Program-made: the position numbers and the translations under genes
Part shown: positions 1 through 8,856 of the stretch, in pieces
Layout: every line of letters starts with the position of its first letter
Position numbering within the stretch: the stretch's first letter is position 1
DNA from: a virus
Virus genome (UHGV): UHGV-0203144
DNA: 41,938 nucleotides
Strand: one strand, 5' to 3'
Notes under the pieces: model-generated
Seen by the model: the letters and a program-made list of their open reading frames with translations, nothing else
Database searches by the model: none
Told to the model about the DNA's origin: nothing

Positions 1-21
1 GTGCACGCCTCTCTTATATAC

Positions 22-60
22 AGCGTAACACAGCAAAACAGGCAAGTGATATCACCCCCT
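22..60 (-). promoter_or_regulatory. Putative late promoter copy A, firing leftward across the window junction toward terS
   Basis: Minus strand AGGGGGTGATATCAC-N18-TACGCT; same motif and 18-nt spacing as copies at 21819, 35076 and 37675. Confidence 0.7.
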
Positions 61-127
61 CGTCGTAAGTTTTATTATTTTTGCAAAAAAACTTTTATTT
101 TTTTTCAAACTTTTTTTGCAAAACCTA

Positions 128-156
128 TTGACATCGCACCTAATAGGTGCTATAAT
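128..156 (+). promoter_or_regulatory. Consensus sigma-A promoter with palindromic operator in the spacer
   Basis: TTGACA(128-133)-17 nt-TATAAT(151-156); inverted repeat GCACCTA-A-TAGGTGC at 136-150; AT-rich UP-like tract upstream. Confidence 0.9.
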
Positions 157-204
157 AGAGACAACAAAAGGGCAGAGCCCGAAAAACAGAAAGGGAAAAC
201 AAAA

Positions 205-429
205 ATGGCAGTAAGAAAGATTTACGGAGTATCAAGCAAATACAATTTCGGGACATGGGATCACCGCGTATACGTATTTGACGACAAGGATACGGCTCAG
301 GAATGGCTGCACACCGAAGAGTACGACTTCCGCGAGCGCGAGCTGATGTCGAAGACCGCAGCTATAAAGCTGGCGGGCAAAAAAGCAGTAGACAATGCAG
401 CGGGCTATGAAGATCTGCGCAACTATTGA
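205..429 (+). CDS. Small hypothetical protein (74 aa), candidate anti-defence protein or toxin
   Basis: ATG at 205 after AAAGGG RBS and downstream of the strong promoter; ORF-track start at 1 lies upstream of the promoter. Confidence 0.75.
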   Translation: MAVRKIYGVSSKYNFGTWDHRVYVFDDKDTAQEWLHTEEYDFRERELMSKTAAIKLAGKKAVDNAAGYEDLRNY

Positions 430-454
430 TTTTTAAGGAGGACGATGACAGAAA

Positions 455-787
455 ATGAAACTATCTGAAGTAAAGCGCCTGCTACAGGACGCGCAGGAGT
501 GCAAAGACCTTGAGTATTACATGGCAGAGTGCGGCGGCTCTCTGCCGGATGACAGCTACTATGAGGATGCCGATAAAGCTGTAGAGGTCCTCACGCTGCT
601 GTACTCCTGCAGGGACGGCATAGACGTTAAGACCCTGCTCAAGCTCCATGACAGCAGCATGGCAGAGTTTGCGCGGGATTACGGTATACCGCTCCGTACC
701 GTGCAAAATTGGACTACTGATGCAGCCGACCATCATGAGCCGCCGCAGTACCTTATGCGTCTGATCCTTGCGGATCTGCTGGACTAA
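455..787 (+). CDS. Protein with acidic N-terminal domain and C-terminal XRE-type HTH (Aca/antitoxin-like)
   Basis: AAGGAGG RBS; SMAEFARDYGIPLRTVQNW HTH followed by PPxY motif. Confidence 0.8.
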   Translation: MKLSEVKRLLQDAQECKDLEYYMAECGGSLPDDSYYEDADKAVEVLTLLYSCRDGIDVKTLLKLHDSSMAEFARDYGIPLRTVQNWTTDAADHHEPPQYLMRLILADLLD

Positions 788-790
788 TAC

Positions 791-821
791 AAAAGGACCG
801 GGATCGACTCCCGGTCCTTTT
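791..821. terminator. Bidirectional intrinsic terminator
   Basis: AAAAGGACCGGGA-TCGAC-TCCCGGTCCTTTT between convergent genes. Confidence 0.9.
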
Positions 822-850
822 CGTGATCTCACGAATTTGATATCATGATA

Positions 851-1141
851 TCATTTGTACTGCTCCATGATCGCCCTGTATATGGGGCACTTGTCGTAGC
901 CGTCAATGCGGTTGCAAAATTCAAGCCGGTGCTCCCGGCACCTCTCGGCAGATACGCAGCGCAAAATAATGCGGGTGCCGCGTGCTATGCCCTCGCATTG
1001 TATGTCGTGCGTCTTCTCAAAGACATAAAACGGACACTTCGCCGACAGCGACTGCACATGTGATTCTTCTCCCCGTCCGTCCGTAATGTACTCTTTACAG
1101 CCTCGCTTTTCCAACAATACCGCCTCCGTTTTGTTTTTCAT
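851..1141 (-). CDS. Cys-rich (putative Zn-binding) protein, last gene of early operon; candidate late-gene activator
   Basis: CPFY..IQCEG..FC..CPIY; start overlaps the rep stop codon; activator role inferred from position only. Confidence 0.6.
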   Translation of the reverse strand: MKNKTEAVLLEKRGCKEYITDGRGEESHVQSLSAKCPFYVFEKTHDIQCEGIARGTRIILRCVSAERCREHRLEFCNRIDGYDKCPIYRAIMEQYK

Positions 1142-2076
1142 TGTTTCCGTCCCGTACCTTTGCCGTAATAGTCCTCTCTTACTGCCTCAAACGCGCTGAA
1201 ACCCCGCTCCCGTCCGGAGCGCGGCAGCGCTTTTTTGTATTTGCCGCGTCCCGTGCGGCGCTGAATAAAGTCTGCGTCCTCTCTGTAAAATGTCATAGCA
1301 AGATAGATCCCGCCGTTAACATCGTTGTCAACTCTCTCGGGATACTCCGCCAGCACCCAGCCGGGGTACAGCTCACCGATCTTGCCCGTGGCAAAAGGAG
1401 CCTCTGCCACAGTGTTGGCAAGCCTGCGTGTATATATATGATCCCTCGTGGGCTTTTCCACGGGTCGGGAAAGATTGCGCGAAGCTTTCCAGCGCCGCAC
1501 GCCCACTCTGTCCTGCTGGTCTATGAGATACTGAGCGAGATCGGCAACGCCGACCTCGGTAAACTGCAGTCTGTCGCAGTTGGCATAGCCGTACTGCCAC
1601 TTTGCCTGCAATAGGTCACGGTCAATGCCTCCGGAAACTATGAGATGATGATGATACCTGCCGTGAGCCGACCCGCGGGACGTGACCGCCATGTATTTAA
1701 ATTCAGCTCCCGCTTTCGCATAAACGCGCTTAAGCCTGCGTATCATAGCGTCAAGGTCTCTCTCCGCCACCTCGTCGCTGTCCGCAAGCCATCCGTCATC
1801 GTATGTAAGATGCAGGCAGTAGTCCTCCGATGAAAAGTTTGCGTGCACGAGCTCCTTGAAGCGGCGCACGGAATGCTTATCGTTGAGAGCCCGCTGCATC
1901 TCGCTTGTAGGCTTGTAGCGCTGCCTGCGCTGCCCGCCCGACGTGATGTACGTCCCCGCGGGAAATACCGGGTATACATAGGCGTACATATAATCTCCGC
2001 ATACCTTGCGCACCTCTCTGTAACGTACAGCAGTTCCCATAGTCCTCAACCTTTCCGCTGCGCTTTCGCAGCACAT
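1138..2076 (-). CDS. HUH-superfamily rolling-circle-type replication initiator
   Basis: Motif I LHLTY, motif II YHHHLIV, motif III LAQYL, followed by RWKASRNL; exact start uncertain. Confidence 0.75.
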   Translation of the reverse strand: MCCESAAERLRTMGTAVRYREVRKVCGDYMYAYVYPVFPAGTYITSGGQRRQRYKPTSEMQRALNDKHSVRRFKELVHANFSSEDYCLHLTYDDGWLADSDEVAERDLDAMIRRLKRVYAKAGAEFKYMAVTSRGSAHGRYHHHLIVSGGIDRDLLQAKWQYGYANCDRLQFTEVGVADLAQYLIDQQDRVGVRRWKASRNLSRPVEKPTRDHIYTRRLANTVAEAPFATGKIGELYPGWVLAEYPERVDNDVNGGIYLAMTFYREDADFIQRRTGRGKYKKALPRSGRERGFSAFEAVREDYYGKGTGRKQ

Positions 2077-2320
2077 AACCGTCTCTGCTGCGTTTTTTGC
2101 AGCATATTATGTATCGCGCCCGCTCTCCTCACAGTGCAGAGCATACGCGACCCCGCCCCGATAAACTTTTTAACAAAGCACCGAGAGACCCGAAGCCCAG
2201 CCGCCCGCTCTCCTCCGAGTGCGGATCGGCCGTGCCCCCTGCCCTTAAACTTTTGAGAGTATATATTTTCCCTCCCGAGGAAGGATCTGTGTCCCTTGTT
2301 TTACCCTCTCAAGTAAAAAG

Positions 2321-2390
2321 TGGTCGAATTGTTAATATTCCATACAAGCCCTAACTCGCGCGCACGCGCGAGTGTTTTTTATATATATGT
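2321..2390 (-). other. Candidate replication origin / nick region
   Basis: Non-coding region upstream of rep; minus strand GGCTTGTATGGAATATTAAC next to perfect hairpin ACTCGCGCG-CA-CGCGCGAGT (2354-2373) and an AT tract. Confidence 0.4.
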
Positions 2391-2406
2391 AGTTTTCATC
2401 GCTTTT

Positions 2407-2457
2407 TCGGGAGGCAGGGGATCGCACCCTGCGCCTCGCGCCCCGTCGGGCTCCCGG
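2407..2457 (-). ncRNA. tRNA-like minihelix (acceptor stem plus T-arm)
   Basis: CGGGAG...GCAGGG-TGCGATC-CCCTGC-CTCCCG-A: 6+6 bp coaxial stems with a 7-nt T-loop-like loop. Confidence 0.45.
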
Positions 2458-2495
2458 TAATATATATATAGTAGATTTGTGCGGGCGCGGGGCTG

Positions 2496-3098
2496 TCAGC
2501 CCCACGCCTCCGCTTTAACATCGCCGGCGGCGCCGTCGGCATACTCCGCGAGCTTTTCTGCGGCATATGCCATACTGTCAGACATGATCTGCGCGTCCTC
2601 ACCGTCCAGCGGGCGAATGACCGCGCACAGCGCCGAGCCCTCATATATGCTGAGAGCCGCGCCCAGCTCTGTGTAAACACCGTAGCACGCCGTATGTACC
2701 CCGCCACCCTCGCAGGGCGCAAGCATGGCGGAGTGCACGGGGATAAAGCCGAGATCGCGCCCGGGGGCCCGTCCGATGGAAAGCTGCTCGTTTTCCGGCA
2801 GTCCGAACAGCGCCACATCCTCGATGCCGCCGCGGTATGTGCGCACGCGGCGCATTTCCGTCCCGCCGCCGAGCGTTCCGATGCGCGGCTTTCCGCCGCG
2901 TATAAGGACCTTCCAGCCGTCCCGTTCGGCCTCCTCAACGCCCCACAGGGTCAGCAGCTGGTCGGGCGATTCGATCTCCGGCAGATCGTCAAATATGTAT
3001 ACCGCCTCCGGCAGCACGATGTACGTCGTGTTATCGGACACATACACATCCGCCGCCTTTTTCTTCTTTGCAAGCTTGAATATCTTGTTAAAGTTCAT
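2496..3098 (-). CDS. Hypothetical early protein (200 aa)
   Basis: GGAG RBS, ATGA overlap with upstream gene. Confidence 0.8.
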   Translation of the reverse strand: MNFNKIFKLAKKKKAADVYVSDNTTYIVLPEAVYIFDDLPEIESPDQLLTLWGVEEAERDGWKVLIRGGKPRIGTLGGGTEMRRVRTYRGGIEDVALFGLPENEQLSIGRAPGRDLGFIPVHSAMLAPCEGGGVHTACYGVYTELGAALSIYEGSALCAVIRPLDGEDAQIMSDSMAYAAEKLAEYADGAAGDVKAEAWG

Positions 3099-3448
3099 GT
3101 CTCCGTCTCCTTCATAAGTCTTTTTTCTTCTACTTTTCTCAGTGCCGCTTCCGCTTCTTCACGAGTTGTAAAAACCATTTCGCCCGGTGCTGTTGTGTAC
3201 GGTCCATATCCATCAACATAAAGTATATAATAAAGACCGTGTAGACCTATCCCGAAATTGGCTACAGGGCGTTCTGCAATCTTCCCCTTGCCCTCATTTA
3301 TGTCGACGCAGTACACCGTATCTCCCACCTTGCACGGCAGCTCTATGTATCGTGACTTGTCCGCAAAGCCGTTGCAAACCGCGTCCGTATTCTGCAAAAG
3401 CAGCACGCAAATTTCATGATGTATGCAGTCTCTACACGTTTTCTCCAT
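3095..3448 (-). CDS. Hypothetical protein, CxxCxH..LPCKVGDTVY family; paralog of 4255-4677
   Basis: Start MEKTCRDCIHHEIC immediately after upstream stop; shared motifs with the paralog. Confidence 0.8.
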   Translation of the reverse strand: MEKTCRDCIHHEICVLLLQNTDAVCNGFADKSRYIELPCKVGDTVYCVDINEGKGKIAERPVANFGIGLHGLYYILYVDGYGPYTTAPGEMVFTTREEAEAALRKVEEKRLMKETET

Positions 3449-3449
3449 A

Positions 3450-4040
3450 CTACTCAACACGCTCCACATCATAGAGGGATAGCAAAATAGGTTCACAGTC
3501 CTCCTGTTCAAACACCGCGATATGACCGCAAATCAGTGGGCTGTCTGTTGTTACTGTTACAATTTTCCCGATCTCAATATTGTGATTGGTAAAAAGGTTA
3601 TTCACTATCTTATATTTTGCGCCTCTAACGAATTCTGCTTTTTCGCATGTCAGTTTGTCAAACGCACGCCGTGCCTGATCTATAAAATCAAACTCTTCGC
3701 CAGGCGAAACGAATACACGCTCCATTCTGACAACCACGTCTCCGCTGCAAAGTTTTGCAATTGTCTCCTCACCATCGTTGGTAATAACGATTTTGTTTTC
3801 GACCGGCTCAAGCAGCTTTTTCGATACCGTCCGCGTCTCCTCACTGTCGTAGTTTTTTACAGTGTACCTGCGCAAGAGCGGATGCCTTTTTGTGACGACA
3901 AACACAGCACCGTCATCCTCATACATTATGCCAGCAGTGCGAGCAAATACGTTGACCGGGTCGTTATCATCGATCCCGAATATTTTCAGCGGGTTATCCC
4001 ACTCTTTGATTTTAACTTTGTCTCCCACCTTAAATTTCAT
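3450..4040 (-). CDS. Hypothetical protein with SH3/KOW-like KFKVGDKV start
   Basis: Operonic overlap with upstream gene, RBS. Confidence 0.8.
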   Translation of the reverse strand: MKFKVGDKVKIKEWDNPLKIFGIDDNDPVNVFARTAGIMYEDDGAVFVVTKRHPLLRRYTVKNYDSEETRTVSKKLLEPVENKIVITNDGEETIAKLCSGDVVVRMERVFVSPGEEFDFIDQARRAFDKLTCEKAEFVRGAKYKIVNNLFTNHNIEIGKIVTVTTDSPLICGHIAVFEQEDCEPILLSLYDVERVE

Positions 4041-4258
4041 GATTTGTCTTCCTCCCTCTCATTAAGCTGTTGCTTTCCCGCCTCACGTTTCCGCCGCCTT
4101 TCAAGCTCAGCCTCTTTGTCTCCTTTCTTCTGACGGTGAAAATCATCCAGGAGTTCGCTGGCAGTTTCTATCGGATATATCCCGCACAGTATTTCGACTA
4201 ACTTTTCATAAGGCAATTCCTTTACTTTCCGCTTGCAGCAAGGCTTTCGGTCGTTCAT
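4037..4258 (-). CDS. Hypothetical protein (73 aa)
   Basis: ATGA overlaps at both ends. Confidence 0.7.
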   Translation of the reverse strand: MNDRKPCCKRKVKELPYEKLVEILCGIYPIETASELLDDFHRQKKGDKEAELERRRKREAGKQQLNEREEDKS

Positions 4259-4677
4259 TCTTCATCACCGTCCTTGAGCATACAGCATTCTTTCAGGTTT
4301 GTCATCTTGATTCTTTCTTTTTTGACTTTTCTCAACGCCTCTTCAGCTTCTTCTCTGGTATAAAAAGCTCCGTCATGCCGGGGCCAGGCTCTGCCGTACT
4401 GTCCGATATCGCTTCCTCGGCAGATAAAATCATACCATCCACCGCCGTCATACAAACACACATCGTCTCTGTCGGCTTCTTCCCGCTTTACCGAGATGAT
4501 CATTTTAATTTCAACCGGGTGTATTTCGTTTCCGCATATACAATATAATGTATCGCCCACCTTGCATGGCAAATGCACCCATTCGGAACGGGCGGTGAAA
4601 TGCGGACAACCGCTAACAATGTCAGACTTGGCAAAACTACAAATATTGTAATGCCAACAATCATAACACCTGCTCAT
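4255..4677 (-). CDS. Hypothetical protein, CxxCxH..LPCKVGDTLY family
   Basis: Shares N-terminal Cys motif, LPCKVGDT and F.TREEAE.ALRKV with 3095-3448. Confidence 0.8.
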   Translation of the reverse strand: MSRCYDCWHYNICSFAKSDIVSGCPHFTARSEWVHLPCKVGDTLYCICGNEIHPVEIKMIISVKREEADRDDVCLYDGGGWYDFICRGSDIGQYGRAWPRHDGAFYTREEAEEALRKVKKERIKMTNLKECCMLKDGDEE

Positions 4678-4967
4678 TCTTTATCACCGTCCATCCTCGC
4701 ACCGCAGCCGGGGCAGTATTTTTCGTTTGCCTCCGATGTATGCCAGTTTGTGTATCCGCATTCGGTGCACTCAAACTCATATTCTCCGCAAACATATGCC
4801 CCCGTATTTATCCATTCGCCGTGTCGCACCTCCGCCACGTCGGCGGCAGGGGTTGCTTCAATCATCTCAATTGCCGCATTCCATCCGTGCGCATATTCGG
4901 CGTCTTCAAATACATCGGGATTCGCTTTGCCTATGCCGAGCGCTTCCGCATCAATATATCTGCTCAT
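4674..4967 (-). CDS. Zinc-ribbon protein common in Clostridia phages
   Basis: RYIDAEAL...PAADVAEVRHGEW...CTECG...CPGCGARMD. Confidence 0.8.
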   Translation of the reverse strand: MSRYIDAEALGIGKANPDVFEDAEYAHGWNAAIEMIEATPAADVAEVRHGEWINTGAYVCGEYEFECTECGYTNWHTSEANEKYCPGCGARMDGDKE

Positions 4968-5010
4968 TTTTACTTTTCTATTCTCCCATCAAATTTGGCG
5001 GTTTTATCCG

Positions 5011-5238
5011 TCATTTTTTGCCTCCTTTCTTCAAACGTAGAAATTCATCTGCTTTCTTTTCTCCGCCAAACCAAGTCACAAAATCTTTGTAGCAGTCATC
5101 GCACAAATCTACGACAGGCCCCTTATCTCCCCAAATCTCCAAAGGCATGGCTCCCACTTCATAATAGGTAAAAAATTTACGTTTGCAACGGGCTTCATAA
5201 TCCACTTTCCCGCATCTGTCGCATTTCAAAGTTGTCAT
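5011..5238 (-). CDS. Small zinc-finger protein
   Basis: CDRCG...DLCDDC; AGGAGG RBS. Confidence 0.8.
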   Translation of the reverse strand: MTTLKCDRCGKVDYEARCKRKFFTYYEVGAMPLEIWGDKGPVVDLCDDCYKDFVTWFGGEKKADEFLRLKKGGKK

Positions 5239-5246
5239 ATTTCCTC

Positions 5247-5594
5247 CTAAAAATCAATTTTAATCTGTCCGGGCGGGTCGGGCAGCCTGCGGCGCAGTGG
5301 CGCCGTCGCCGGCTCCGCCTTAACCTCGGCAGGCGGGGGACTGCCCGCCCCGCCGCTCATACGCTCCCTCGCCGCTTTAAGAGGGAGCACCTCATATGCC
5401 GATACCTTCGCCTTTGCCGGCGTCTCCGTGGGATACGCCCCCAGCCCTACAAACTTGCGGTATAGGGAGAAAACGTGATGCCTGCTGTCGTAGTAGCCGT
5501 CATATATCGCCATAACCTCGGACATAGGCCCGCCGCGCCGCGCTTCGATCTTGTACTTCGTTCCCGCAAGCTTCGCCGCCGCATAATATGTCAT
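5247..5594 (-). CDS. Hypothetical protein (115 aa)
   Basis: Operonic; C-terminal GQIKIDF resembles a sliding-clamp-binding motif (inference). Confidence 0.7.
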   Translation of the reverse strand: MTYYAAAKLAGTKYKIEARRGGPMSEVMAIYDGYYDSRHHVFSLYRKFVGLGAYPTETPAKAKVSAYEVLPLKAARERMSGGAGSPPPAEVKAEPATAPLRRRLPDPPGQIKIDF

Positions 5595-6043
5595 TCGTTT
5601 TTCCTCCTCTCCTCGTAGCTCAGCAGCCGCGCCTCCATGGCGGCGTTTGACCCCTGTATAAGACTGCCCACCGCCTCCATAATGTTGCGGTACTCATACT
5701 GCCCGCGCCGACCGCGACAGTCAATATCGGTTGCATATTTCGATCGGGACGTGTCCCATGTGCACACATTGCCGCAAAGCTCCATACGTCCGGTGGGCAG
5801 CTCGCCCGCCTCCACCTGCCCGCATACCTTCAGCGCCCGCCTGCATATACCCTCAATGTACTGCTCCCAGACATACGCAGGTTTGCGGCTTCTCACGGTC
5901 CGCCCGTCGGCGGTTTTGTTTATGGAGGAGTAATACTCGCCCCACTGCGGTATGTACGCATATATCTCTCCCAAAGAGCGGCTTATGATCTGCATTTTAA
6001 CAACGCCGCGCCCGCTTGCCTCGCTTTTGGCCTGTGTGCTCAT
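5591..6043 (-). CDS. Hypothetical protein (150 aa)
   Basis: AAGGAG RBS, operonic. Confidence 0.7.
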   Translation of the reverse strand: MSTQAKSEASGRGVVKMQIISRSLGEIYAYIPQWGEYYSSINKTADGRTVRSRKPAYVWEQYIEGICRRALKVCGQVEAGELPTGRMELCGNVCTWDTSRSKYATDIDCRGRRGQYEYRNIMEAVGSLIQGSNAAMEARLLSYEERRKNE

Positions 6044-6077
6044 TTTGTCTCCTTCTCTTCCTTTTCCCGACGGATGA

Positions 6078-6248
6078 TCACTCCGCCGGGTATTTTTTAA
6101 TGTCCTCCGTTTCGCATAGCAGCTGCGCCGCAGCCCTTATGCCCAGAGCATATTCGTCGTCTCCGTAGCCGAGAAAATCGTCCGCGCAGCTGTGCAGCAG
6201 CGCAACGGCTTCTTCCAGGCAGATCATTGTACGCTTACGCTTACCCAT
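6078..6248 (-). CDS. Hypothetical protein (56 aa)
   Basis: GAGGTG RBS before ATG at 6248. Confidence 0.6.
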   Translation of the reverse strand: MGKRKRTMICLEEAVALLHSCADDFLGYGDDEYALGIRAAAQLLCETEDIKKYPAE

Positions 6249-6252
6249 CCTG

Positions 6253-7233
6253 TCACCTCGCAATCGATTGCAAAGTCTCTCTGCAGGCTTCAAGCAACCT
6301 GCCCGCCGCGCCCATAAGCTTTGCGCGCACCTCCGCGTCCGCCTCGTCTATGGCAGAGCACATCTTGTTAAAATCATCCTGGATGCTGTTGAAATATACC
6401 TTGACGCGGCTCACTGTCGCGTCGGAAGATGCTATCTGCTTTTTCAGCCGCTCGATCTCAGCCTCTGCGGCGCGCTTCTCGTTTTCAAGCTTTTCAAAAC
6501 GTTCCTTTGCCTTGACAGCCTCCGCCTTGCTTTTCTCAAGCGCAGCCTTGTTTTTGCCGTCAAGCTCCGTGCGCGCGTCGCGCATAGCCTCGTCACGTAT
6601 CTTCTTTTTGTCCTCTTCGCTGACCGCTGCCGGCGCCGCAGCCTTTTTCTTTGCGGCGGCAAGCTCGGAGGCAAGCTTTTCTATCCGTGCCTCTGCCGCC
6701 GAAAGCTTTTCGCTGTTCTCGGCCTTCAGCGCCTCCATGCTTTGTGCAAAGCTGTCCTTTGCACCGTTTGCCGCTTCAAGCTCCTCAGTGAGCATTTCTA
6801 TCTGACGTCCGGAGACGGAAAGCTTTTCCTGCAGCTCCTTAAGCTGCGTAACGCTCATGTCCCCTGCGTCCTCCGCGATCTCCTCCCGATCCTCTGGAGT
6901 GAGGCGAGAGAGAACCTCAAGCTTTGTAATACCCAGCGTTGCATTGCGCCTCATGTAGTCCTCGCCAAGCCGCTCATAGGCGGCTATGTAGTTGTATGCC
7001 ATGCGGGATTTTATCCCCGCGCGGCTCTCGCAGTAGCTCTCAAAGCTGTCGCAGCCGAGCTCGCGGTATAACGCGCTGTCGCGCATACGCTTGAGGCTCT
7101 GGCAAAAGTCCGCCAGAGCGCCGGCGGCTATCTCCTGCCTGCAAAGTATCTCGTTGTGTAATATGAGGGCTTCCTCATGCGGCGTCGCCGCCGCCGCTTC
7201 CGCCGGTACTGCCGGCATCGTTCTGTCTTCCAT
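6253..7233 (-). CDS. Coiled-coil protein with DUF3102-like N-terminus
   Basis: LKRMRD..LY.ELG..SFE.YC...GI..R.AYNYI motif followed by long heptad region. Confidence 0.7.
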   Translation of the reverse strand: MEDRTMPAVPAEAAAATPHEEALILHNEILCRQEIAAGALADFCQSLKRMRDSALYRELGCDSFESYCESRAGIKSRMAYNYIAAYERLGEDYMRRNATLGITKLEVLSRLTPEDREEIAEDAGDMSVTQLKELQEKLSVSGRQIEMLTEELEAANGAKDSFAQSMEALKAENSEKLSAAEARIEKLASELAAAKKKAAAPAAVSEEDKKKIRDEAMRDARTELDGKNKAALEKSKAEAVKAKERFEKLENEKRAAEAEIERLKKQIASSDATVSRVKVYFNSIQDDFNKMCSAIDEADAEVRAKLMGAAGRLLEACRETLQSIAR

Positions 7234-8845
7234 CCTTCGCTGTCTCCTTCTTCTTTTTCTTTTTGCTTTCGCTCTGCCGTCTGCAAAGCTCCTTTTTGTA
7301 GCTGTCGATAAAGCGCAGCACCTCCGCGTCGGGGTTCCCGTTGCGAAAAGCCCGAGCCTGCACTATCTTCCCACCGGCGGACATTTCCACCGTAACAAGG
7401 CTTTTCTCCGGCCGCGCCGTGCGGCGGATAAACAGTATGGTAAGCTTTCCGTCCGCATGGCGGGTGCAGTAGCCGGCTACACAGTTATGCTGCTCCTGCC
7501 CCTCGGATATAATGTCCGAAAGCGTCTCCGGCACGATAACCGAGTATGTTCCGTCACTGTATTCGTACTTTTCACACCTCTCGGCGTACAGCGCCCTTGC
7601 CTTTGCCTCTTCCTTCTTTTGTTTTTCAGACTCTCTCTTTTTCAATAGCCTGCGGTAAAGCTTGCTCACCGTGTCGTGCGCCTTTATAAGATCGCGCGGC
7701 ATGGCGACCACCGGATCATACACATCATAGCCTATTTCCGCCGCCTGCCTTATGTAGTCCCGCCATTCGCCCTCAACGGCATAAGACCCGCTGCGCTCAG
7801 CACTTTCGGCGTACAGCTCTCTCTGCTTCTCTATGTACTTCAGCCACTTTATGGGGTCGGTGCGGTATTTTTTCAAAAGCTTTGCACTGTCTGCGCAAAC
7901 GTCGTACCAAAGACTTTCCGCTTCTTTAAATGTAAGCTTGCGGCAGAGCCGGTAGTATTCTTTTGTCTTGACCGCCCATGCCGGACAACGCATCTCGCGC
8001 AGCTCCCGCCGCTCCGCCGGGGAAAGCTTTTTGAAAAAGCCTCGCCCCGCAGCGCTCCAGTCGAATATGCTTTTCATGTAGTCCTTTGCCCATATGCACT
8101 GCTTGACTATCCACCTGTCGCCGCTCTTAAGGAGGTATTCAAACTGCGGGTGCGTGCAGTAAGCATACAGATATTCAACATCCGTGCTTGTCGATATTTT
8201 CTCCCACAGCTCAAGCCCCGAGTGCCGCAGAAAGCAGCCCCGCAGCCTCTCCCGTCCGTATACCGTGTACGGATATACAGTGGTAGACAGGGAAGAACCG
8301 TTTACAAAAGGCGAATATGTCTTGCTCGTCTCCGGCGTTGACTCATATACGCGCTGCCCTCTGTCCCATACGTCGTATCTGCGCCCGTCACCCGGGCGCA
8401 GTACGTATACGGTGTTTATGTAATTCTGCACGGCGTCCCGCGCCAGCGGGTCAAAGAGGCGGTACATACAAACGCTGACTATGAGACACAGTTCCTCGCC
8501 GCGGGGATAGATGAAGGCAACATTGCGGCTGTCCCGCAGGCTCCTGCCGCTCTTTGCCTTACCATCGTTTTTGTATATTGCCGTTCTGCGGCACCTCGGA
8601 CAAACTCCGTTCTCGTTGTGCCCGGCAGCAAGCGCCTCCGCTTCCTCGGGATATACTATCCTTGCAATCGATTGCAATTCGTACTCTCCGCAGGCGGTGC
8701 ACACAAAGCGGCGCCCGCCCGGAGTGTTTTTATAAAATATGTATGCGGGGAAGTCCCTCTCGGCTTCCTTCATATCCGCCCACAGCGGATCTCCGTCGTT
8801 GTAAAGCTCACGTATGAGCTTTTCGTTTTCTTCCCTTCTTCCCAT
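7175..8845 (-). CDS. PcfJ-domain protein
   Basis: C-terminal EGQEQHNCVAGY..ILFIRR..P.KSLVTVEM..Q.R.F.N; N-terminal CxxC pairs; preceded by a PcfK-like gene. Confidence 0.8.
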   Translation of the reverse strand: MGRREENEKLIRELYNDGDPLWADMKEAERDFPAYIFYKNTPGGRRFVCTACGEYELQSIARIVYPEEAEALAAGHNENGVCPRCRRTAIYKNDGKAKSGRSLRDSRNVAFIYPRGEELCLIVSVCMYRLFDPLARDAVQNYINTVYVLRPGDGRRYDVWDRGQRVYESTPETSKTYSPFVNGSSLSTTVYPYTVYGRERLRGCFLRHSGLELWEKISTSTDVEYLYAYCTHPQFEYLLKSGDRWIVKQCIWAKDYMKSIFDWSAAGRGFFKKLSPAERRELREMRCPAWAVKTKEYYRLCRKLTFKEAESLWYDVCADSAKLLKKYRTDPIKWLKYIEKQRELYAESAERSGSYAVEGEWRDYIRQAAEIGYDVYDPVVAMPRDLIKAHDTVSKLYRRLLKKRESEKQKKEEAKARALYAERCEKYEYSDGTYSVIVPETLSDIISEGQEQHNCVAGYCTRHADGKLTILFIRRTARPEKSLVTVEMSAGGKIVQARAFRNGNPDAEVLRFIDSYKKELCRRQSESKKKKKKETAKDGRQNDAGSTGGSGGGDAA

Positions 8846-8856
8846 AACGCACCGCC

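Noticed and set aside
1..204. N-terminal extension of ORF 1..429
   Set aside because: Spans promoter elements; the RBS-supported start is ATG 205
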